Shown here piece after piece: positions 1 through 8,300 of a stretch of DNA of 32,000 nucleotides. The position numbers were made by a program, and so were the translations under genes. Origin of the DNA: Psychrobacter sp. HD31. Its GTDB lineage: Bacteria; Pseudomonadota; Gammaproteobacteria; Pseudomonadales; Moraxellaceae. Numbering within the stretch: the first letter of the stretch is position 1; each line of letters begins with the position of its first letter. Below the pieces are notes generated by a model. The model did no database searches and was not told the origin of the DNA. It saw only the letters and a program-made list of their open reading frames with translations. The stretch spans positions 600,001 through 632,000 of the forward strand of contig NZ_CP142525.1 in the NCBI RefSeq assembly GCF_051097895.1. Direction: 5' to 3'.

Positions 1-40
1 GTGTTAGTTAAGGTCATAACGACGACATGCCGAAGGGTAG

Positions 41-68
41 AGCCAGTTACAAAACTGGCTTTTGTGTT
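41..68 (+). terminator. Intrinsic-terminator-like hairpin at the left edge of the window
   Basis: Perfect 8-bp stem agccagtt (41-48) / aactggct (53-60) with loop acaa, followed by tttgtgtt (61-68) on the + strand. On the minus strand the hairpin is not followed by a T-run, so it probably ends a + strand gene lying left of the window. Strand assignment is uncertain. Confidence 0.45.
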
Positions 69-187
69 GGACATTTATTTTACTTATTGGTTAGGCTGCT
101 AAAACACAAGTTTTGACTTGATTGTTTGACAGCAATTTGAAGGGATAAACAGCTTATTATTAAATCAGTTGTTCTTTTAAAGCCTTG

Positions 188-997
188 TTATTTTAAGACA
201 TTGAGCTGATCAGCACTAAGTTTTTTAATTTCTTTTTCGCAATAGTCTGGATCAAGTTTGCAAATCACCTTTTGCAGCTCATCGATACGAGCTTCGGACT
301 CTTGTATGTGCTCAAGCATAGTCGCAAAGGCATTTGCAACTGGGTCTTTCTTATCGTCTTGCAAGTCTAAATCAATGCCATAAGCATTAAAGGCTTTTTC
401 TAAATCTTGATGCTGGCTATCTTGTGATTTTTCTTCTTTTGGCTTCGCTTTGGTAATCATGCGAGCAGCACTGCCTACCATAGTGGCGTTTTCTGGCACA
501 GCTTTAACCACCACCGCATTAGAACCAATTTTGGCATTTTTACCCACGGTAAAAGGTCCTAAAACTTTGGCGCCTGCGCCAACAACCACACCATCTTCAA
601 GGGTTGGGTGTCTTTTGCCTTTATCTAACGACACACCGCCCAAGGTCACACCCTGATAAAGAGTAACGTCGTCCCCAATTTCGGCAGTTTCTCCAATTAC
701 AACCCCCATGCCATGGTCAATAAAAAAACGTTTACCAATTTTAGCAGCAGGGTGGATTTCTATCCCCGTTAACATGCGTGAGCCATAAGAAACCCCGCGC
801 GCAAGCGACTTTTGATTATGATTCCATAATCCATTAGCAGCACGATGCAATAATAAAGCTTGTATACCAGGGTAAGTTAACAAAACCTCTATTTGATTGC
901 GGGCTGCGGGATCTCGGTCAAAAACAGCATTAATATCCTCATGCAGTTCTGACTTTGTTTTTTTAAGTGATTTAATCACAGAAATGAGCGATGGCAT
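188..997 (-). CDS. cysE: Serine O-acetyltransferase (short, B. subtilis/Pseudomonas-type CysE)
   Basis: 269-aa ORF with ATG start. It has the motif FDRDPAARN near the N-terminus and a left-handed beta-helix hexapeptide region ([44 protein letters not shown]...[20 protein letters not shown]) typical of SAT. It sits directly downstream of trmJ, as in Pseudomonas. Confidence 0.9.
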   Translation of the reverse strand: MPSLISVIKSLKKTKSELHEDINAVFDRDPAARNQIEVLLTYPGIQALLLHRAANGLWNHNQKSLARGVSYGSRMLTGIEIHPAAKIGKRFFIDHGMGVVIGETAEIGDDVTLYQGVTLGGVSLDKGKRHPTLEDGVVVGAGAKVLGPFTVGKNAKIGSNAVVVKAVPENATMVGSAARMITKAKPKEEKSQDSQHQDLEKAFNAYGIDLDLQDDKKDPVANAFATMLEHIQESEARIDELQKVICKLDPDYCEKEIKKLSADQLNVLK

Positions 998-1044
998 ATT
1001 ATTCTCTATAATTATTAACAGTTATTAAATATATTATCTAAATG

Positions 1045-1914
1045 TTATTTTAGCAATTTAGTAAGCTTGCCGACAACCGCATTTATCATTTGTAATTCTT
1101 TTTGGTCTAACTGGATGCGTGAGTTAAGCCGCTTTATACGTTGTGGTAACAAGCCCAAATTGTCATTATCTGCAAGCTCAAGCTTTTGCATGAGCTCAAT
1201 TAATCGGCTGTTTAGTTGTTCTATCTGCTGATGGCTGGCAGCTGGTGTATCCCAATCTTGCCTAATATAGTGTATTAAACCATCATTTGTATTAGTACAA
1301 TCCTGTGTTTCTGTTATAGCTTGCTTGTTGATAACTTGTTTATTATTATCATCCAACAAATCATCTACATGGCTATAAATAAAGCTGGTGATTACTTGCA
1401 CAGCTGATGCGACATTTAACACAGGGTAAGCAGGGTTTGCATCTATTTGGATATGATAATCGGCACTTGCCAGCTCATCATTTGTTAGCCCTCTGTCTTC
1501 ACGACCAAATAAAATGCTAATAATTGGCGCTTCATCTTTGTTGGTTTTTGTACCATCAAAAGATGTATCTAAACCAAGCTTATCAATAAATTGGCAAATA
1601 ACTTTAGCAGCTGTAGCAGGATTAACTACCGGGCGTGGTATGGTACGGCTACGGCTACTTGCAGCCAAAATCAGTTGGCTGTTAGCAATTGCTTCATCCA
1701 AACTATCAACCACATTTACCGCATCTAAAATATGTGTTGCCCCAGCAGCGTGCGAATAACTACTGTCATCAATGGGCAGTTTGGGGTTTACCACCGTGAG
1801 CTTACTTAAGCCCATGGTATGCATAGCACGTGCAGCAGAGCCAATATTGGCAGGTAATGTGGTATTAACCATTACAATTTGGATATTAGATAAATAAAGT
1901 TGATTGATAGACAT
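1045..1914 (-). CDS. trmJ: tRNA (cytidine/uridine-2'-O)-methyltransferase, SpoU/TrmH class
   Basis: 289-aa ORF. The N-terminus IQIVMVNTTLPANIGSAARAMHTMGLSKLTVVNP parallels E. coli TrmJ ([26 protein letters not shown]..LVNP). A C-terminal extension is present. The stop lies 47 nt upstream of the cysE start. Confidence 0.85.
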   Translation of the reverse strand: MSINQLYLSNIQIVMVNTTLPANIGSAARAMHTMGLSKLTVVNPKLPIDDSSYSHAAGATHILDAVNVVDSLDEAIANSQLILAASSRSRTIPRPVVNPATAAKVICQFIDKLGLDTSFDGTKTNKDEAPIISILFGREDRGLTNDELASADYHIQIDANPAYPVLNVASAVQVITSFIYSHVDDLLDDNNKQVINKQAITETQDCTNTNDGLIHYIRQDWDTPAASHQQIEQLNSRLIELMQKLELADNDNLGLLPQRIKRLNSRIQLDQKELQMINAVVGKLTKLLK

Positions 1915-1985
1915 TTGATTACTTAAAACTAAAACAATTGCCTGTTAGTCTAACACGAATTTAAGCATAGTTTTGGGCATACTAA

Positions 1986-2011
1986 TTATATATAAGCGTT
2001 ATATATAAGCG
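1986..2011. repeat. Perfect 13-bp tandem duplication (ttatatataagcg x2)
   Basis: Positions 1986-1998 and 1999-2011 are identical and directly adjacent. They lie about 72-97 nt upstream of the trmJ start codon in the trmJ / ESPR-stub divergent intergenic region. Confidence 0.8.
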
Positions 2012-2188
2012 GTTTATGCATATTCTAGCCAACACGACCACCAGTTATTAACAAATGTCACCACTTATTCTTATCTTTCACACCCACGTTTAACTTCATA
2101 AATAATAACCTACAAGCTCCAATAGCTTGCCCATTAAAATAACAACCAACCCAAACGATAAAATAGCATTACAAATCTCTCACAAAAC

Positions 2189-2222
2189 ATAATTGACAAT
2201 AATTATCATCCCTCGTTATATT
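2189..2222 (+). promoter_or_regulatory. Predicted sigma70 promoter with overlapping Fur-box-like sequence
   Basis: Consensus -35 TTGACA (2193-2198), a 17-nt spacer, then TTATAT (2216-2221) or TATATT (2217-2222). The 19-mer 2189-2207 ataattgacaataattatc matches the Fur consensus GATAATGATAATCATTATC at 13/19 by my hand alignment and overlaps the -35 and spacer. Confidence 0.5.
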
Positions 2223-2284
2223 CTGCTAATATACTTATTTAAAATAATGAATTAAAGACTAGCCAACCATGAAATGAATCCCTC

Positions 2285-2518
2285 ATGAACAATCGTTGTT
2301 ATCGAGTCATATTTAGCAAAGCCAAAGGCATGTTAGTAGTGGTATCCGAAGCCACACGTTCACAGGGAAAATCTTCTAACCCAAGCCAAAGTGGTAGTCA
2401 AAACAACCACACACAATGGGCATACTCAACAATACACAATTATATTAAAAAAGGTATTTATCCACCTGACTGGGGTAATGATGGTATATTAACTATGATG
2501 GGCTTAGAATATGATTAG
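2285..2518 (+). pseudogene. Truncated exoprotein gene: ESPR (extended signal peptide region) leader stub of a TpsA/CdiA-like or autotransporter adhesin
   Basis: The 77-aa ORF begins MNNRCYRVIFSKAKGMLVVVSEATRSQGKSS. This matches the ESPR pattern MNKxYRxIWSxxxGxxVAVSExxxS found only at the N-terminus of very large TPS exoproteins and autotransporters. No hydrophobic signal-peptide core, TPS domain or passenger follows. There is no clear SD before the ATG. Confidence 0.6.
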
Positions 2519-2573
2519 GTATTGTTGGTTAGGCATTAATATTGCTGGGCTATAAGCCCAGCCTACGCTTGCT
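2519..2573. repeat. Left copy of a ~55-nt palindrome-containing inverted repeat (REP/MITE-end-like)
   Basis: The core 2543-2573 tgctgggctataagcccagcctacgcttgct equals the reverse complement of 3414-3444 at 29/31 positions. It contains an internal hairpin gctgggc-tataa-gcccagc (2544-2562). The outer part (ggtattgt..ttagg) is also loosely similar to the reverse complement of 3445-3470. It starts immediately after the ESPR-stub stop codon. Confidence 0.85.
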
Positions 2574-2717
2574 GGTTTGCATTGTAGAGAAATGGCAAGT
2601 TATCTTGAACAAGGTTTAAGAAATGCAAGAACGAAGGAGCAAGGTGAGGTATTCTTAAGAAATGTTGCCATTTCGATTAAAGACGGTTCTATAAAACAAA
2701 AGGCAGGACTTAGATGA
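2556..2717 (+). pseudogene. Short open frame, possible C-terminal remnant of a toxin domain, translationally coupled to the downstream immunity-like gene
   Basis: The frame is open from 2556, with the first ATG at 2592 (MASYLEQGLRNARTKEQGEVFLRNVAISIKDGSIKQKAGLR). Its TGA (2715-2717) overlaps the ATG (2714-2716) of the next ORF as ATGA, the usual toxin-immunity coupling. It is too short for the supplied ORF track. I recognise no domain in it. Confidence 0.3.
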
Positions 2718-3301
2718 ATTATTATAAAATCGCATCGGATTTAAACCCTCATTTTTATAACTTTGAACTTTCTAATGAGCAAGGTATGAGTGAACTATTT
2801 GATAATAATATTTTTTTTAAAAGAAGCTTTCCTATAAATCAGTGGATAAAACCAGAAATGCATCTCTTCGAAGAACTTGAAGAATATTTACCAATAGAAA
2901 ATGGAGAGGTGATTAAGCCTAATATATGGTCTAATATTATGCATGTTTGGGGTTCTAATACATTTGTTTTTTCTCAAGAATTAACTATAGCTCTTTTAGA
3001 AGATTTAAAGAACTGCGGTGCCTTTTTAGAAGCTAATTATGAAAGTCAAACATGGTTTTTCTATTATTGTAGTACACATATTTCCGGAGCTATAAACTTT
3101 GATTCATCAGAATACGATATGTTTGATGATGGCACTATTATGACACTGCATAAACCAGTTTTATTTAAAAGTAAGATTGAAGGTTATGATGCTTTTCGCT
3201 TAATTGAATATGACAGCTTTCTATTTGTGTCAGAAAAAATTAAAAACATTATAGAAAAATATTTTGTAGGTGAGGTATTTACTCCTATTAGTATCATATA
3301 A
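2714..3301 (+). CDS. Polymorphic-toxin immunity-type protein, Imm11/DUF1629-like (orphan)
   Basis: 195-aa ORF with GGA 6-8 nt upstream of the ATG. It is very AT-rich: a hand count gives 15 G+C in the first 60 nt. The layout resembles my memory of Imm11, with FVFSQEL..LLEDLKNCG, then WFFYY, DSSEYD, a DAFRL segment and a C-terminal FLFVSEKIKNIIEKYFVGEVFTPI. There is no signal peptide or TM segment. Confidence 0.55.
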   Translation: MNYYKIASDLNPHFYNFELSNEQGMSELFDNNIFFKRSFPINQWIKPEMHLFEELEEYLPIENGEVIKPNIWSNIMHVWGSNTFVFSQELTIALLEDLKNCGAFLEANYESQTWFFYYCSTHISGAINFDSSEYDMFDDGTIMTLHKPVLFKSKIEGYDAFRLIEYDSFLFVSEKIKNIIEKYFVGEVFTPISII

Positions 3302-3413
3302 GCGAGGTAGATACCATCTTAAAAACCAAAAATCAAGCGGAAAATTAACAGACTGAAGTTTGGAAAGAAGACTGATGTTTAACAACACCAAAACAAATAT
3401 GCACAAGCGAGGT

Positions 3414-3470
3414 AGCGAGCGTAGGCTGGGCTTGTAGCCCAGCAAAACCAACCTAAGCCCACACAACACC
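3414..3470. repeat. Right copy of the inverted repeat (opposite orientation to 2519-2573)
   Basis: Positions 3414-3444 agcgagcgtaggctgggcttgtagcccagca are the reverse complement of 2543-2573 with 2 mismatches. There is an internal hairpin gctgggc-ttgta-gcccagc (3425-3443). The outer extension to ~3470 (..cctaagcccacacaacacc) loosely mirrors 2519-2542. Confidence 0.85.
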
Positions 3471-3842
3471 GCTCACAAAACACGGATGCTGACCTAGCCC
3501 TGATAGCAGCGGTATTGAACAAAAGCAAAAACATAGCGGAACATGGTTGGAGGCGGTTGCTTGCAAAATGAAACTCCGCTAGCTATTGACTGACCATAAA
3601 TGATAAGAACAGGTGGATACGAAAATTATCATTCATTGGTCTCGTCAGATAATAATCGATGGTTGTGAGGGTATTTTGTAGTTTATATTTAGGCGATGAA
3701 AGTGCATAAACTGCCTTATTTAAAATAATAACCTGATTCATCAAAACGTTAACAATAAAAACCCATATAAAAATTAATAATTTATAGCCTTTGTAAATAC
3801 TTTATAATCAAAAAACCATCATAAGAATTTAAGCCCAAAGCC

Positions 3843-5324
3843 ATGAAACTTGTTAATACTTACCAAAACTTACCTGAGCAACTATATCGTCAGACTTTGC
3901 CGACAACTGTTAAAAACCCCAATTTATTAGTTTTTAACAACAAGCTGGCAAAATCACTAAACATGGATGTGTGTAATGAAGAAACACTTGCAAATTGGTT
4001 TAGTGGTAATACATTGATAGATGGCTCAGAGCCAATTGCACAAGCCTATGCAGGGCACCAATTTGGGCAACTTAATATTTTAGGCGATGGCAGGGCTGTA
4101 CTACTTGGTGAAGCTAAAAACCAAGCAGGAGAGTTGATAGATGTTCAATTAAAAGGCAGCGGTATTACCCCTTTTTCACGCAGTGGTGATGGCAAGGCAA
4201 GCATGTCGGCAATGTTGCGTGAATACTTAATCAGCGAAGCCATGCACGCTTTAAAAATACCAACAACCCGCAGTTTGGCAGTGGTGACAACTGGAGAAAA
4301 CATTATAAGGCAAGGCTTAGAACAACAAGCCATTTTAACAAGAACAGCCGCTAGCCATATTAGAGTAGGCACTTTTGTTTATGCACAGCTACAAGCAAGT
4401 CAAATAAACGATGACAACCTTTTACAACTCTTATTCGACTACTCGATTAATCGGCATTACCCTCATTTAAAAAGCTTAAATACGCCTGATAAAGCATTAG
4501 CGTTATTAGAAGTAGTGATGGATAAACAAGCCCAATTGATTGCGCACTGGCATCGGGTTGGCTTTATCCATGGTGTGTTAAATACAGATAATGTGGCAAT
4601 AAGCGGAGAAGGCATCGACTATGGTCCTTGTGCGTTTATGGATACCTACAATCCACAAACCGTTTATAGCTCTATCGACTACCAAGGACGTTATGCGTTT
4701 AAAAATCAAATGCCCATCACTTGGTGGAACATGGCAAGGTTTGCAGAAAGCTTGTTACCATTAATTGATAATGATGAGAAAAAAGCAATTGAACTTGCAA
4801 CCAATACCATCAACACATTTGATGAAAAATACAAAAAACACTGGTATGGCATGCTATGTGCAAAAATAGGGCTTAACAATACGGATAAAAACTTAGCGTT
4901 AGCAAAAGCATTACTTGAGCTCATGCAAACATATGAACTCGATTACACAAATAGTTTTAAACAATTAACGTTAATGGCTATGGGGGTTGATTTTAGCGAC
5001 ATTGAGACATCAGAATTTAATAAAATAACAGACACAGAGGCATTAAATACATGGATGAATGATTGGAAACAAGCACAAAAAAATGGAAATAAAACAAATG
5101 CTTTAACGCTTATGCAGACTCACAACCCACTTTTTATCCCACGTAATCATTTAGTTGAAAATACCCTACAACAAGCAAACAGTGAGGGATTAACAGAATT
5201 TAAGGCACTACTAAAAACCCTAAAAACTCCATATGATTGGCGTTTATATAAAAAGACAACCAGATTCCAACAGCCAGCAACACAAGAGTGGAATGCTCAA
5301 TTTAAAACTTTTTGTGGTACATAA
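3843..5324 (+). CDS. selO: Protein adenylyltransferase SelO (YdiU/UPF0061 pseudokinase-fold AMPylase)
   Basis: 493-aa ORF with family-typical motifs AQAYAGHQFGQLNILGDGRAVLLGE, LKGSGITPFSR.GDGKA, REYLISEAMHALKIPTTRSLA and GFIHGVLNTDNVAISGEGIDYGPCAFMD. Confidence 0.9.
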   Translation: MKLVNTYQNLPEQLYRQTLPTTVKNPNLLVFNNKLAKSLNMDVCNEETLANWFSGNTLIDGSEPIAQAYAGHQFGQLNILGDGRAVLLGEAKNQAGELIDVQLKGSGITPFSRSGDGKASMSAMLREYLISEAMHALKIPTTRSLAVVTTGENIIRQGLEQQAILTRTAASHIRVGTFVYAQLQASQINDDNLLQLLFDYSINRHYPHLKSLNTPDKALALLEVVMDKQAQLIAHWHRVGFIHGVLNTDNVAISGEGIDYGPCAFMDTYNPQTVYSSIDYQGRYAFKNQMPITWWNMARFAESLLPLIDNDEKKAIELATNTINTFDEKYKKHWYGMLCAKIGLNNTDKNLALAKALLELMQTYELDYTNSFKQLTLMAMGVDFSDIETSEFNKITDTEALNTWMNDWKQAQKNGNKTNALTLMQTHNPLFIPRNHLVENTLQQANSEGLTEFKALLKTLKTPYDWRLYKKTTRFQQPATQEWNAQFKTFCGT

Positions 5325-5369
5325 ATACAGTTGCTGATATTAAAACACAAGTATTAAAGCTTAAGCAGG

Positions 5370-8300
5370 CTAAGCATAATGCCAATGGATATTATCTGCA
5401 TTAAACAAGCGCTTTAAAGTTAATATATTGTCATCGGATGGATAAACACGCCATTTGTCAGACAATTTAACTTTAGCAATCGCATAATCGTTATAGATAT
5501 GAATACCTAAACCAATACAATTATCTGACCCATTTGTTTGCGTAGATAAATGTTGGTTGTTGTCTACATCTATTGGTTGCTCGGCAGTAGCATAAGTGAT
5601 GACATCGGGCTGATTTTCTTTTAACAAGGGTAATATGTCATCAATGGTATTTGTGTCGTTGGCATCAATTTTAATGCTAACCTTTTTTAACCAACGATTA
5701 CGGGCATCTATCATGCTATACAAACGACGCATTTTGCTATAAATGCGATCATTAAACTCGCTGACCGTCCCACTTATCACCACAACTTCATCCACTTTAA
5801 GTTTATCTTTGCAAAATTCATAAAGTTTGGCATCACAGCTTACTTCTAATCTTGAGGTGCCATCATCAAGCGTAACCGCAATACGATTACCAAAATTTGC
5901 AACATCAACAATTAGCCCAGCAAACAAGGTTTCTTTACCATAGCCTGTGTCAGTGAGTTCATTTAAGCGTTTACCATCGGTGTAATGTTGGATTTCATCA
6001 CGATATTCATCAATAGGATGCCCAGTTAAATACAGCCCTAAGGTATCTTTTTCGGCTTTAAGTCGAGGTTTGTCTCCCCAAATTAGCTCTGGTGAGTTTG
6101 GCAAAGGTGGGGCAGCGGTTACATCATCAATTTCTGCAAACATGTCTATCATGCCAACTTCTTGATTTTGTCTGTGTTGCTCAGATGCTTGCACGGCTTT
6201 TGGCAATTGCGCCATTAACGCCCCACGTATTTCATAGGCTTTATTTTCCACTAACAGCTCGGGGCGTTGCGTGCTTGCAAAATCATCAAAACAACCTGCT
6301 CGTACCAATGCTTCTAGTGTGCGTTTATTTACTTTTTTGGTATCAACACGACGGCAAAAATCATAAAGATCAGTAAACTCACCACCTTGGTTACGCGCCT
6401 GCACGATAGATTCTACTGCACCTTCACCAACCCCTTTAATCGCACCTAATCCATAGATAATATTTTCGGGTGTATCTGCCACAAAATGCCATTTACTACG
6501 ATTAACAGATGGATTTGCAACCGTAAGCCCAAAGCTTTCTCTACAATCATTTACTAAAAATACCACACTGTCGGTATTGTTCATATCGCTGGTTAAAACT
6601 GCTGCCATAAACTCAGCAGGGTAGTAGTGTTTTAAATAGGCAGTTTGGTATGCCAATACACCATAACAGGCAGAATGCGATTTGTTAAAACCGTATTCGG
6701 CAAATTTTTCCATTAAGTCAAAAACGCTACCGGCAATGCCATCATCAATTTTTTTGTCTTTCGCACCTGCCAAAAAGATTTCACGCTGCTTTGCCATTTC
6801 TTCGGGTTTCTTTTTACCCATAGCTCGGCGCAGCATATCTGCACCACCAAGCGAATAACCTGCCATCGCCTGCGAGATTTGCATTACCTGTTCTTGATAA
6901 ACAATAACCCCATAGGTGCTTTCTAAAATAGGTTCTAAATATTCATGGTCATATACCACTTCTTTGACACCATGCTTTCGGTCAATAAACTCTTCTACCA
7001 TCCCAGAACCTAAAGGACCAGGGCGGTATAAGGCACACATTGCAATAACATCATCAATGTTTGTAGGTTTTAACTGTTTCAGATATTTTTTCATACCTGA
7101 TGATTCTAGCTGGAATACAGCGGTTGTTTTACCTTCTGCTAATACCTCATCATAGGTTGCTTTGTCATCTAGTGGTAAATCTTCTAACTCAAGTGGTGGT
7201 TTGCCTTCTTTTTTACGTCTGTGGTTAATGTTTTTTACTGCGGCAGCAATCACTGTTAAGTTACGTAACCCTAAAAAGTCAAACTTAACCAAGCCGGCAG
7301 CTTCTACATCATCTTTATCAAATTGGCTAACTCGGTGACCTTCATCATCGGCATAAATGGCAGAAAAATCGGTAATTTTATTAGGGGCAATTAACACACC
7401 CCCTGCATGTTTACCTGTGTTACGTGTGATTCCTTCAAGTTTTAATGCCATCTCCCAAATTTCACTGGCATCTTCATAATCCATATTGTTTTCGTTTGTG
7501 ATAAGGTCTTTAAGCTGGGCGCCTGTTTCCTTATCTTCAATGGCATCAGACAACGAGATACCTGGTGTGGCAGGGATAAGTTTTGACATTCTATCCGCCA
7601 AACCATATGACTTGCCTTGCACACGTGCAACATCCCTGATGACCGCTTTAGCCGCCATGGTACCAAAAGTGATGATCTGAGATACCGCATCTCGTCCATA
7701 AGTTTCAGAAACATAACTAATCACACGATCACGCCCTTCGATACAAAAATCAATATCAAAGTCGGGCATAGATACACGCTCTGGATTTAAGAATCTTTCA
7801 AATAGCAGCTCATAATGCAAAGGGTCTAAGTCGGTAATATCCAGTGCATAAGCTACCAAAGATCCAGCACCCGAACCACGACCAGGACCAACAGGAACAT
7901 CGTTTTCTTTCGACCAACGAATAAAGTCCATAACAATCAAAAAGTAACCAGGAAAGCCCATACCAATAATAATATTAAGTTCGGTTTCCAAACGCTCATC
8001 ATAGGCTTGTCTAAAAGCTTCCCAATTCATGCCATCATGTTTTTCTAGCCATTCGTCGCTATCTCTTTCATTAATAGGGAATAGCTTATCTAGCCGTTGC
8101 TCTAACCCTTGCTCAGACAACACCCTAAAATAAGCATCAATCAGCTTATCATCTGGATATTTGGCTTGATTTGCCTCGGTGGGTTTAAACTCTGGTGGAA
8201 TAGGGAAGTCGGGTAAAAAGTTTTCTCCCAAACGTAAAATAACATTACATCGCTGCGCAAGCTGTATGGTATTGGCGCAAACTTGAGGAAGGTCAGCAAA

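Noticed and set aside
1-40. Possible gene end (+ strand frame 1 is open through ~101) or gene start (minus-strand ATG at 15-17, MTLTN..., perhaps iscR as in the Pseudomonas trmJ-cysE-iscR order) at the left edge.
   Set aside because: There is too little sequence to decide and neither option has an RBS or a recognisable motif. The + strand terminator-like hairpin at 41-68 conflicts with a minus-strand gene start here.
188-470. The CysE C-terminal ~90-aa charged, coiled extension and short N-terminus as a possible novelty, given that there is no C-terminal Ile for CysK docking.
   Set aside because: The same architecture occurs in B. subtilis-type and Pseudomonas-type CysE: a short N-terminus with FD.DPAAR near residue 25 and a helical C-terminal tail containing DPVA..F. 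It is a known subfamily rather than an anomaly.
2528-2534. Integron cassette or attC site, since GTTAGGC matches the attC/attI core GTTRRRY.
   Set aside because: It is a single 7-mer with no matching inverse core (RYYYAAC) at the expected partner position. There is no attC-like bulged hairpin architecture, no intI and no cassette array, so this is most likely chance.
2643-3415. 11-bp direct repeats ggtgaggtatt (2643-2653 and 3269-3279) and aagcgaggtag (3300-3310 and 3405-3415) inside the module.
   Set aside because: In 32 kb, about a hundred exact 11-mer pairs are expected by chance (roughly N^2/2 divided by 4^11). Without longer flanking similarity they carry no weight.
3230-3469. The 79-aa minus-strand ORF overlapping the end of the immunity-like gene and the right repeat.
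   Set aside because: It overlaps a better-supported + strand ORF and the repeat element. Its sequence is hydrophobic and low-complexity (L, F and R rich), as is typical of antisense AT-rich DNA, and it has no RBS.
2519-3470. Invertible phase-variation switch or shufflon, like the Moraxella pilin inversion, in which the inverted repeats swap C-terminal cassettes onto the ESPR N-terminus.
   Set aside because: The ESPR ORF terminates at TAG 2516-2518, before the left repeat, so inversion within the repeats would not create a new fusion. The reverse complement of the sequence next to the right repeat has no open frame. No invertase gene is in the window. This is kept only as something to look for in long reads.
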